Assembly: GCA_963783375.1 (NCBI GenBank)
Contig: CAWANH010000029.1
Location: forward strand, 384,001 to 448,000
Length of the DNA stretch: 64,000 bases
Source of the DNA: Candidatus Eiseniibacteriota bacterium
Lineage (GTDB): Bacteria; Eisenbacteria; RBG-16-71-46; JABDJR01
Direction: 5' to 3'
Below are positions 10,738 through 19,224 of this stretch, piece by piece. The number at the start of each line of letters is the position of its first letter. The stretch's first letter is position 1. A program made the position numbers and the translations under genes. The notes below the pieces were generated by a model. It was not told where the DNA came from and ran no database searches. It was given only the letters and a program-made list of their open reading frames with translations.

Positions 10738-11910
10738 TCAGGCGAAGGCGGCGATACCCGTGACCTCCTGGCCGAGGATCAAGGTATGAATGTCGTGGGT
10801 GCCCTCGTAGGTCTTCACCGACTCCAGGTTCATCATGTGGCGCATGATCGGGTACTCGGTGGAGATGCCGTTGGCGCCGAGAATCTCCCGAGCCACCCGG
10901 GCGATGTCGAGCGCTATGGCCACGTTGTTGCGCTTGGCCATCGAGACCTGGACCGGAGTGGCCTTTCCGTCGTCCTTCAGCCGGCCCAGGCGGTGACAGA
11001 GGACCTGGGCCTTGGTGATCTCGGTGAACATGTCGGCGAACTTGGCCTGGGTGAGCTGGAAGGAAGCGATGGGGCGGTCGAATTGAATCCTCGTCTTGGA
11101 ATATTCGACAGCGGCATGAAAGCAGGCCATGGCCGCGCCGATCGCCCCCCAGGCGATACCGTAGCGGGCCTGGGTGAGGCAGGAGAGGGGGGCCTTGAGT
11201 CCCGAGGCCCCCGGGAGGCGGTTCGCGTCGGGGACGCGCACGTCCTGGAGCACCAGCTCGCTGGTCACCGAGGCGCGGAGGCTCATCTTGTGGGTCATCT
11301 CCGGGGCGGAGAAGCCGGGGCGGTCCTTCTCCACCAGGAAGCCCCGGATCACCTGGTCCTCGTCCTTGGCCCACACCACGGAGACGTCGGCGATGCCGCC
11401 GTTGGTGATCCACATCTTGGCGCCGTTCAGCACCCACTCGTTCCCGTCCCGGCGGGCCCGGGTCACCATGCCTCCGGGGTTGGATCCGTAGTCGGGCTCG
11501 GTGAGCCCGAAGCTTCCGATCGCCTCGCCGCTGGCCAGCCGGGGGAGCCAGGCGCGGCGCTGCTCCTCCGTCCCGTAGGTGAAGATCGGGTACATGACCA
11601 GGGCTCCCTGCACCGAGACGAAGGAGCGTAGGCCGCTGTCCCCCCGCTCCAGCTCCTGCATGACCAGGCCGTACCCGGTGTTGCTCATCTCAGCGCAACC
11701 GTACTCGGCGGGGAGGTTGGAGCCGAACACCCCCAGGTCGGCCAGACCCGCTTTGAGCTCCAGGGGAAAACGCCCTTGTTCGTAGGCGCCCTCGATGATC
11801 GGGAGCACCTCGGCGTCGACGAAGTCGCGGACGGCCTGGCGGGCCATCACCTCCTCGTCGGTCAGGAGATCGTCCAGCTGGAAGAAATCGTAACCCGGGA
11901 AGGAACTCAT
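10738..11910 (-). CDS. gcdH: Acyl-CoA dehydrogenase, glutaryl-CoA dehydrogenase-like
   Basis: GLVMQELERGDSGLRSFVSVQ, FGLTEPDYGSNP, KMWITNG, LGANGI, NLESVKTYEGTHDIHTLILG. Confidence 0.85.
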   Translation of the reverse strand: MSSFPGYDFFQLDDLLTDEEVMARQAVRDFVDAEVLPIIEGAYEQGRFPLELKAGLADLGVFGSNLPAEYGCAEMSNTGYGLVMQELERGDSGLRSFVSVQGALVMYPIFTYGTEEQRRAWLPRLASGEAIGSFGLTEPDYGSNPGGMVTRARRDGNEWVLNGAKMWITNGGIADVSVVWAKDEDQVIRGFLVEKDRPGFSAPEMTHKMSLRASVTSELVLQDVRVPDANRLPGASGLKAPLSCLTQARYGIAWGAIGAAMACFHAAVEYSKTRIQFDRPIASFQLTQAKFADMFTEITKAQVLCHRLGRLKDDGKATPVQVSMAKRNNVAIALDIARVAREILGANGISTEYPIMRHMMNLESVKTYEGTHDIHTLILGQEVTGIAAFA

Positions 11911-12032
11911 GCGCGGCGTTCTCCTGGATTCGGGGTCTGAGAACTGGGGTCGGTTCGAGGGGGGGAGTATAGGGGGGCGCGGGGACGCGGGCAACGGCGG
12001 CTGCGCCGGAGGGGGGTTCGAACCGGGGGGGC

Positions 12033-13070
12033 TCAGCGGTTCCAGCTGCGGTCGTCGGCCTCCTGCCCCTCACCCGGAGACCCGGCCTCCTCCGAGGGGT
12101 CGTCGGCGTCCCCGATCATCTCTCCCGGCACCTCCTCGTCGTCGTCATCCTCCTCATCATCCTCGAATTCGTCCCCGTCCTCGAAGTCGTCCTCGTCCTC
12201 GAAGTCGTCCTCCACCTCCTCGTCGTCCCCGTCCTCGAAGTCCTCGTCTTCGAAGTCCTCATCCTCCTCCAGGTAGCCCTCGTCCTCGAAGTCCCCCTCC
12301 TCGTGGTCGCTGGTCCCGTTCGATCCCCGGCCGCCCCCCAGGATCTCGCCCACCTCCGGCCGCTCCCGGTTCAGGTGCAGGACCCGGTATCCGTCGGGCC
12401 GTTGCTGCTTGAGGAGCAATCCCTCCTGGATCGCCTGGGCCACGAACTCGCGGGCCTCGTCCTCGGCCAGCCCCGGAAACTCGGTGGAGGTCGTCATGGC
12501 CGCGGAGACGTACTTGAAGGTGATAAAGGGCTTGGAACGCTCCAGGCGGTCCACGAAACGGACGAACGCGTCCCGTCGCTCGTCGTCGGCCACCGGCTCG
12601 AACTCCAGGGGCTCGAAGCTTCCGCCCGCCGCCTCGATGAGATCGTTGGACACCGAGCCCCGGACCCCCGCGATCACGACCTCCTTGCCGTAGCGGTTGC
12701 GGATCATGGTGACCATGCGGATGAAACGGCGGTCCCCGGTCATCAGGATGTAGGTGCCAAGGAACGGACGGTCGAGGAGGGTCTCGAAGATGTCCATCAA
12801 CATCTCCATGTCCGCCCCCCCCTTGGGGCGCTCGCCGACCTGGAGCGAAGCCACGTTCACCGCGCTGATTCCCGAGACCTGAAGGTCGCGTTGGACCCGC
12901 TCGGGGTGCTCCTCGAAGTCCGCATAGGATCGGGCCAGGGTCACCAGCCCGTAGCGGCGACCGATCTCCATGAGCATGGAGCCCGAGAGTTCCCGGTGAT
13001 AGGTGTTGAGCACGCTGTAGCGGATGTTCTCGAAATCGACGAAGAGGGCGACTTCACGAGGCCTATCCAT
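12033..13070 (-). CDS. NYN (LabA/DUF88, PIN-fold) domain protein with long acidic C-terminal tail
   Basis: ALFVDFENI, ARSYADF, ADMEMLMD, LMTGD, GKEVVIAG, SNDLIEAA; D/E-rich tail; GGAGG RBS. Confidence 0.8.
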   Translation of the reverse strand: MDRPREVALFVDFENIRYSVLNTYHRELSGSMLMEIGRRYGLVTLARSYADFEEHPERVQRDLQVSGISAVNVASLQVGERPKGGADMEMLMDIFETLLDRPFLGTYILMTGDRRFIRMVTMIRNRYGKEVVIAGVRGSVSNDLIEAAGGSFEPLEFEPVADDERRDAFVRFVDRLERSKPFITFKYVSAAMTTSTEFPGLAEDEAREFVAQAIQEGLLLKQQRPDGYRVLHLNRERPEVGEILGGGRGSNGTSDHEEGDFEDEGYLEEDEDFEDEDFEDGDDEEVEDDFEDEDDFEDGDEFEDDEEDDDDEEVPGEMIGDADDPSEEAGSPGEGQEADDRSWNR

Positions 13071-13372
13071 GCTTCCTCCGCGGGGAACGCTTCCGGCGCA
13101 CTCGGAGGGACCGGCCCGAATGGGAGGACGCCGGAAGGAATGGGGTCCTGATGGTGTTCTGCAGGATGATGTCGATGTAACTGTTCACGTACGCGACCCG
13201 TCAAGGAGTGATTCTGACGCCGGGGCGGCGATCCGGGGGAATGTCGAGAGGTTCCGCCAAACGAAACGGGGGTCGACGATCCGACGAACCAGAAATGCCC
13301 GAGGCGCGCACCGTCAATTGCAAAGGATCCGCCTCGTTGACCCAAAGCCAATTTCGGACCCACTAGCCGATT

Positions 13373-13401
13373 ATCATACCGGAGCCGGAGCCACAACTCA
13401 A
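13373..13401 (-). promoter_or_regulatory. sigma70-type promoter TTGAGT-17-TATGAT facing the NYN gene
   Basis: Hexamers with a 17-nt spacer in a lower-GC intergenic region. Confidence 0.5.
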
Positions 13402-13444
13402 GAGACTCCTTGGCGTTGTCCGGAAACGGGGAACCGGGGCGCGG

Positions 13445-14170
13445 TCAACCACCGGCCTCCCCGGCGGCGGCCAGGACCGTCCGGAGCGCCGCCTCGGCCC
13501 GGAGCGCGGTGGCGTCATCCTCGGCCCGGATCACCAGCTTGAGACTCCAACCCTCCTCACCGAGGATCGGGTACGAGCCCCACCGGACCGATGGCCAGGC
13601 CTCGGCCAATTCCCGGAGCGGAGCGGCCACCAGTCCCTCGCGAAGGCGGGTGGCGATCTCGCGCCGGACCCAGGGCCGGCCGCGGAGGGGGGCCAGGTTG
13701 GCGGTGAGGAGTTGATCCAGGAGCCGGGGGACTCCGGGGAAGACGAACACGCCGAGGACGCGGAAGCCGAACGCGGCGGTTCCGGGCGCGGTGAGGAGAT
13801 CCGACCCCTCGGGGAGGTCGGCCATGGCCCGCTCGTCCATCGTGGCGCCCGCGGCCAGGATCCCCGCGAGCCGACGCAGGGCCTCGGGATGGGGGACGAG
13901 GCGCCGATCCAGGGCGCGGGCCACCGCGGGCCGTGTGCAATCGTCGTGGGTGGGTCCGATGCCCCCGGTCACCAGGACGAGATCGGCGGCGGTCGCCCCC
14001 TCCCGCACCGCGTGCGCGACATCCTCCTCCCGGTCCGCCACCACCCGGAGGGCGGTGGTGCGGGTCCCGAGGCGGGCCAGGGTGCCGAGTAGAAGGGGGC
14101 CGTTCCGGTCCTCGACCTCGGCGGCCAGAACTTCGTCTCCCACGATCACGATCTGCGCGGTGCGATCCAC
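13445..14170 (-). CDS. CinA-like molybdopterin-binding-domain protein (COG1058-type pyrophosphatase)
   Basis: IVIVGDEVL..V.D.NG, VTGGIGPTHDDCT, MADLPEG, FPGVP, GSYP; GGAGG then GTG at 14170. Confidence 0.85.
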   Translation of the reverse strand: MDRTAQIVIVGDEVLAAEVEDRNGPLLLGTLARLGTRTTALRVVADREEDVAHAVREGATAADLVLVTGGIGPTHDDCTRPAVARALDRRLVPHPEALRRLAGILAAGATMDERAMADLPEGSDLLTAPGTAAFGFRVLGVFVFPGVPRLLDQLLTANLAPLRGRPWVRREIATRLREGLVAAPLRELAEAWPSVRWGSYPILGEEGWSLKLVIRAEDDATALRAEAALRTVLAAAGEAGG

Positions 14171-14320
14171 GAAGCCTCCAATGGCGGGGCCCCGGATGGG
14201 GACCCTCACCCCATGGTAGGAGAGGGCGGGTGGTTTGGAAACCGGGGATGAGGGCCGAGGGAAGCCGGGGAGCGATCGTGATAGGATTTGACGTCCCGAA
14301 CGTGACCCAAAGGAGTGAGC

Positions 14321-15397
14321 ATGAGCGAACAGCCCGTCATTCGTCCCGAATCCGTTCTGGATGCCCTCCGGGGCATCGAGGACCCCGATCTTCACCAGGA
14401 CATCGTGGCCCTGGGCTTCGTCCGGGATCTCCGGGTGGAGGAGGGGCGGGTCGCCTTCACCATCCAGCTCACCACCCCCGCCTGCCCGGTGAAGGGGGAG
14501 ATGGAACGCCAGGCGCGGGCCCGGGTGGCCGCGATCCCCGGCGTGACCGAGGTCGAGGTTCAGATGACCTCCAGCGTTCCCCAGGCCCCGGCCTCGATGG
14601 GCGCCGAACTTCTCCCCGGCGTCCGGCACACGGTGGCGGTGGCCAGCGGGAAGGGAGGGGTGGGAAAGTCCACGGTGGCGGTGAATCTGGCCGCGGCCCT
14701 GGCCGGGAGCGGGGCCCGGGTGGGTCTCATGGACGCGGACATCTACGGGCCCTCCATCCCGATCATGATGGGACTCAAGACCGCCCGCCCCACCGTCCGC
14801 GACGGGAAGCTCGTGCCCCTGGAGCGCTACGGTCTCCGCATGATGTCCCTCGGGTTCATCGCCGGGGAGGACACCCCGGTGATCTGGCGCGGCCCCCTGG
14901 TGGGAAAGCTGGTGCAGCAGTTCCTGGGCGACGTGGAGTGGGGGGAGCTCGACTACCTGGTGGTGGACCTCCCGCCGGGAACCGGCGACGCCCAGCTCAC
15001 CCTCACCCAGAGCGCTCCCCTGGCCGGGGCGGTGATCGTGACCACCCCTCAGGATGTGGCCCTGGAGGACGTCCGCCGGGGGGTCCGCATGTTCGAGAAG
15101 GTGAACGTGCCCGTCCTGGGAATCGTGGAGAACATGGCGTACTTCATCTGCCCCGATTGCGGGAGCCGCCACGAGATCTTCAACCACGGGGGCGGGGCCG
15201 AAGCGGCCCGCCAGTTCGAGGTGCCCTTCCTGGGGGAAATCCCCATCGATCCGGCCATCCGGCAGGGGGGGGACGAGGGCGTCCCTCTGGTGGTGGGGCA
15301 CCCCGACTCCCCGCAGACCGCGGCCTTCCAGCGGGTGGCCGGGGAACTGGCCCGCCAGCTCAGCATCCTCGCCTATCCCGCACCCCCCACCCCCTGA
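14321..15397 (+). CDS. apbC: Mrp/NBP35 family Fe-S cluster carrier ATPase with N-terminal DUF59-like domain
   Basis: LTTPACP, SGKGGVGKST, DADIYGPS, WRGP, DLPPGTGD, ENM..F.CPDC. Confidence 0.93.
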   Translation: MSEQPVIRPESVLDALRGIEDPDLHQDIVALGFVRDLRVEEGRVAFTIQLTTPACPVKGEMERQARARVAAIPGVTEVEVQMTSSVPQAPASMGAELLPGVRHTVAVASGKGGVGKSTVAVNLAAALAGSGARVGLMDADIYGPSIPIMMGLKTARPTVRDGKLVPLERYGLRMMSLGFIAGEDTPVIWRGPLVGKLVQQFLGDVEWGELDYLVVDLPPGTGDAQLTLTQSAPLAGAVIVTTPQDVALEDVRRGVRMFEKVNVPVLGIVENMAYFICPDCGSRHEIFNHGGGAEAARQFEVPFLGEIPIDPAIRQGGDEGVPLVVGHPDSPQTAAFQRVAGELARQLSILAYPAPPTP

Positions 15398-15630
15398 TTC
15401 GCGGATCCGGGCCCGCCGCAGGGTCCGCTCCCCCTGTCCAGGGGGGAGGAGGGCTTCTCGTCGTCGGCCGTCACGCCGGGGCTCGACAGCCGCTCTTCCT
15501 TTGTGTAGCCTTGGGTGGCGTTTTCGGTCGGTGGCTCGAATGCGATTCGAATCGCCTCCGGGCGCCGGGACAGGGTGCCTTGGGCGGAGAACCCCCGCCC
15601 GGGCTTCCCCATGGAGAAGGGGCATTCACG

Positions 15631-16686
15631 GTGGCCAAGGCGTCAACTTCAAAAAAGACAAAGACTTCCGCAAAGCGGAAACCCGGGGGAAGCGCGTCGG
15701 CCAAGACCCGCTCCGGGAAGTCCGGGAAATCCAAGAAGAAGGTGGCGGCAGCCTCCAAGAGGTCTGAAAAGCCCGCTTCCGCGGCGAGAAAGACCTCCAA
15801 GCAGAAGGCTTCCAGGAAGGCGACCTCCCGGCAGAAGGCGTCCAGGCCAACGGTGTCCAAGAAGACCACCTCCCGGCAGAAGACGTCCAAGCCGAAGATC
15901 TCCAAGAAAACCGCCGCGGGAGCGTCCCCGCGTCGCGCCGCCGGAACCTCCAAGAGCCGGGTTTCCGCCGCCAAGTCCGCCGCCCCGGCCCGGGGGACGA
16001 AGGCCGGCAAACCCGCGCCGAAGCCCCGGACCAAGCAACCTCAGAAGTCGGCCCCCGCCACGGCGGCCCCGGTCGCCTCGAAGAGCGCGGCCAGGAAGAA
16101 GGCGGCCGAAGCGGTGCAGAAGAGCGCATCCGGCAAGGGATCGTCCGCCCCTCCCGCCCCCGAAGCGGTCATGGTCTCCGTGGAGGACGCCATGGCCAAC
16201 CTTCCCTACGTCGAGGGGCAGTTCGTGGTGCATCCCAAGTACGGGCTGGGCCGGGTCAACCGCATCCTCGAACGGAAGCTGTCCACCCGCACCGTGCCCT
16301 GCCTGGAGATCGGTTTCTCCTACCAGGAGATGAAGCTGACCATCCCCGTGGATCAGGTCGATCGTTCCGGACTCCGGCGGCCCATCGGCAAGAAGTCCAT
16401 CGACGACGTGTTCAAGGTGCTTCGCGGCCGGGCAACCTTCGATGCCAAGCGGCGCTCGGCCAAGCGGGTGGTGGACTACCGGAAACGCCTGGGGCAGGGC
16501 GACCCCACGTCCCTGGCCGAGGCGGTCCGCGACCTGGCCCGACTCTCCCTCCGCAAATCCCTCTCCTACGAGGAACGGAAGATCCTGAGCACCGCGCTTC
16601 GCATCCTGAGCCGCGAAGTCGCCCTGGCCCGGGGGCGGGAACCGGACGACGTGCGCGAGGAGATCGAGAAAATCGTGTATCGTTGA
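15631..16686 (+). CDS. CarD/CdnL family RNA polymerase-binding regulator with long N-terminal K/S/A/P-rich (histone H1-like) region
   Basis: C-terminal GQFVVHPKYGLGRV..I, LTIPV...GLR, GD...LAE.VRDL, LS..ER..L..A..IL..E; GTG start after GGAGAAGG. Confidence 0.8.
   Translation: MAKASTSKKTKTSAKRKPGGSASAKTRSGKSGKSKKKVAAASKRSEKPASAARKTSKQKASRKATSRQKASRPTVSKKTTSRQKTSKPKISKKTAAGASPRRAAGTSKSRVSAAKSAAPARGTKAGKPAPKPRTKQPQKSAPATAAPVASKSAARKKAAEAVQKSASGKGSSAPPAPEAVMVSVEDAMANLPYVEGQFVVHPKYGLGRVNRILERKLSTRTVPCLEIGFSYQEMKLTIPVDQVDRSGLRRPIGKKSIDDVFKVLRGRATFDAKRRSAKRVVDYRKRLGQGDPTSLAEAVRDLARLSLRKSLSYEERKILSTALRILSREVALARGREPDDVREEIEKIVYR
15790..15910 (+). repeat. Imperfect coding tandem repeat, 5-aa periodicity (KTSKQKASRKATSRQKASR...KTTSRQKTSK)
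   Basis: ACCTCCCGGCAGAAG occurs twice, with related ACCTCCAAGCAGAAG and GTCCAAG units. Confidence 0.65.
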
Positions 16687-16747
16687 GGGGTCCCTGTCCG
16701 CGCCCCCGGGGCGGCGGCCGATGATCTTTCCACGAGGACCGCGCATC

Positions 16748-17758
16748 ATGACTCCTTCGCTCCCGTCCCCCTTGCCATTTCGCCTTTCCATACGTTGGAC
16801 CGTTGCTCTCGCCCTGGCCGTGACGGCGCTGCTCGGGGGGAGGGGAGGCGTCGAGGCCTCGGCGCCCGCGGACACCGCGTTCACCGCCGCTCCCCCCGAC
16901 TCCCAGTTCAGCTTTACGGTCACCCTGGCCAGCCAGACCGACAGCCGGGGTGAGCTCCGCCCCTGCACCTGACACGGGCAGCCGGTCGGGGGACTGGCTC
17001 TTCGCAGCGGGGTGTTCAAGAAGATCCGAGCCCTGCCGGGGCCCGCGGTGGTCGTGGACGGCGGAGACTTCACGCCCGGACCCGCCGATACCCTGGCGGT
17101 CGAGAAGTCGGAGCTGATGATCCGGACCATGGCCATGATGAAGTACGACGCGGTGGGGCTGGGGGAGACCGACCTCATTCGCGGGGTGGAGTATCTCGAC
17201 GAGGCCTCGAAGGTGCTCCCCCTGGTCTGCGCGAACGTGAAGCTTCCCGCCGATATCCAGGCCCGGATTCCCGCGGTGCGCTGGCTCGACGTGGAGGGGC
17301 ACCGGGTGGCGGTGACCGGCTACGTGGATCCCCTCCTCTACTACGTCTGGCCGGGGGCGTTCGGGCGGAGCCCGGACAGCCTCACCGTGATCGATCCGGT
17401 CCAGGCTCTGGCTCCCCTCATCGAGACCCTCCGCCCCCAGGCCGACCTGGTGATCGTGCTGGCCCACGGGGACAAGGACGAGATCGGGGAATGGATGAAC
17501 GGGGTGCCCCCGGTGGACGTGGTGATCCAGGGGCACGAGCCGGAGATTCCCCATGGACCGATGGAGTTCGGGAACACCTACCTGGTGCGGTCGGGCCCTC
17601 GGTCGCGGCGGGTGGCCCAGTTCGACGTGAACCTGATCGCGCCCCACCGGGTGAAGGGATTTCACTTCAAGCTCTGGGACCTGAGCAAGATCCACGACGG
17701 GGACGCCGAGGTGGACGACATCGTGAAGGCGTTCAACGCGCGACACGGTTTGCGCTGA
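16748..17758 (+). CDS. Exported UshA/5'-nucleotidase-like metallophosphoesterase, probable selenoprotein (UGA at 16970-16972 read as Sec, CxU motif)
   Basis: ORFs 16721-16972 and 17012-17758 share a frame. Joined sequence: GELRPCT[U]HGQPVGGLALR..VVDGGDF..YDAVGLGETD..VLAHG..VIQGH. Signal peptide and GAGG RBS precede; hairpin follows the UGA. Confidence 0.8.
16980..16999 (+). promoter_or_regulatory. Putative bacterial SECIS element
   Basis: 8-bp stem AGCCGGTC/GACTGGCT (one G-U) with a GGGG loop starting 15 nt after the in-frame UGA. Confidence 0.65.
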
Positions 17759-19224
17759 TGTGGGATCGTTCCGCGCTCGTGGATCTCGCCCGCCGGGGCC
17801 TCACCATCGGTCCCGGGGATCCGGGTTACGGCGCGTACCGCGGCGACGTGGTGCTGGAAGGCCGCCCCGACGCGGTGGCCCGGCCCAAGGACGAGACCGA
17901 GGTGAGGGCGATCCTGGCCGCCGCTTCGGGGGGCGGGGCGCCGGTCACCTTCGCGGGGGGACAGACCAGCCTTACCGGGGCCAGCGCGGCCGAGGAGGGG
18001 ATCCTCCTGGCCACCGAGAACCTGGACCGGCTCCTGGACATCGCGCCCGATCCCGAGACCGGGGGGATGACCGCCGTCGCGGAACCGGGGATCTTCCTGG
18101 GGGATTTCCAGCGGGCCCTGGAGCAGGAGGGCTGGCTCTACCCACCCGATCCCACCAGCCGGAACGAGGCGCGTCTCGGGGCCACCGTGGCCACGAACGC
18201 CACCGGGGAGGACACCCTCCTCTACGGGCCCACCCGCCGCTGGGTGCGCGCGCTTCGCGTGGTCACCGCGCCCGGTGAGATCCGGGAGCTTCGCCGCCCC
18301 CCCGGGAGTCGCCCCCCCGAGGAGAAGGCCACCGCGGGGTACTACGACGCCACGGACGAAATCGATCTCCTGATCGGAAGCGAGGGCACCCTGGCCGCGA
18401 TCACCCGGGTCACCGTGGACCTGATCCCGCTCCCCCCCGGCTACTTCGCCGGGCTGGCGTTCTTTCCCAGCCTGCTCGACGCGCTGACCTTCACCGTCGC
18501 CGCCCGCCGCGACCCCCGGCTCGTCCCCCGCTCCCTGGAACTCCTGGACCGCGGCTCCCTGGACCTGGTGGGGGAGAACCCGGAGGGAATCCGCTGGCCC
18601 GACGCCACCGGAGCGGCCATCGCCTTCAAGGCGGAGTACCGGGACGAGGCGGAGCGGGACCGGGCGCTGGTCGCCTGGCTCGACCTCCTGGAGACCCGTC
18701 TGGCCGCGGCGGGGGCGCCCGATCTCCTGGACCACGTGGTGGTGGCCGACGACCCGGCGGGACGGCACCGCCTCCGCGAGTTCCGCCATCGCGTTCCCGC
18801 CACCCTGAACGAGAAGGTGGCGGCCCTTCGGGAACAGGGAGGTGGGAAGGCGGGTAGCGACTGGTGGGTGCCCTACCCCCGGATCCCCGACTTCCTGGAA
18901 GGCTGGCGGCGCCGGCTGGTGGATAGCGGACTCGAGCTGATCATGTTCGGCCACATCGGAAACGGCCACCCGCACGTGAACTTCCTCCCCCGGACCGGCG
19001 AGGAGCGCGAGCGGGCGCGGAGCCTGATCCGGGAGATGTGCCGGGAAGCGGTGGCCCTGGGCGGTGGGGTGGCCGGGGAGCACGGTCTGGGAAAACTCAA
19101 GCGCGGGCTCCTGGCGGTCCAGTATCCCGAGGAACGGATCCGGGCCATGCGGGAGATCAAATCCCGGTGGGATCCGGACTGGATCCTCGGTCGCGGAAAC
19201 CTCTTCGAACCGGAGGCGGTGTGA
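17758..19224 (+). CDS. FAD-linked oxidoreductase (GlcD/D-2-hydroxyacid dehydrogenase-like)
   Basis: TGATG overlap with the upstream gene; GGQTSLTG, YPPDPTS, GSEGTLA, FGHIGNGHPHVN, GEHGLGKLK. Confidence 0.88.
   Translation: MWDRSALVDLARRGLTIGPGDPGYGAYRGDVVLEGRPDAVARPKDETEVRAILAAASGGGAPVTFAGGQTSLTGASAAEEGILLATENLDRLLDIAPDPETGGMTAVAEPGIFLGDFQRALEQEGWLYPPDPTSRNEARLGATVATNATGEDTLLYGPTRRWVRALRVVTAPGEIRELRRPPGSRPPEEKATAGYYDATDEIDLLIGSEGTLAAITRVTVDLIPLPPGYFAGLAFFPSLLDALTFTVAARRDPRLVPRSLELLDRGSLDLVGENPEGIRWPDATGAAIAFKAEYRDEAERDRALVAWLDLLETRLAAAGAPDLLDHVVVADDPAGRHRLREFRHRVPATLNEKVAALREQGGGKAGSDWWVPYPRIPDFLEGWRRRLVDSGLELIMFGHIGNGHPHVNFLPRTGEERERARSLIREMCREAVALGGGVAGEHGLGKLKRGLLAVQYPEERIRAMREIKSRWDPDWILGRGNLFEPEAV

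Noticed and set aside
12120-12300. Repeated GTCCTCGAAGTC units that could mimic an array
   Set aside because: Coding low-complexity DFED repeats, with no constant repeat-spacer structure, so not CRISPR.
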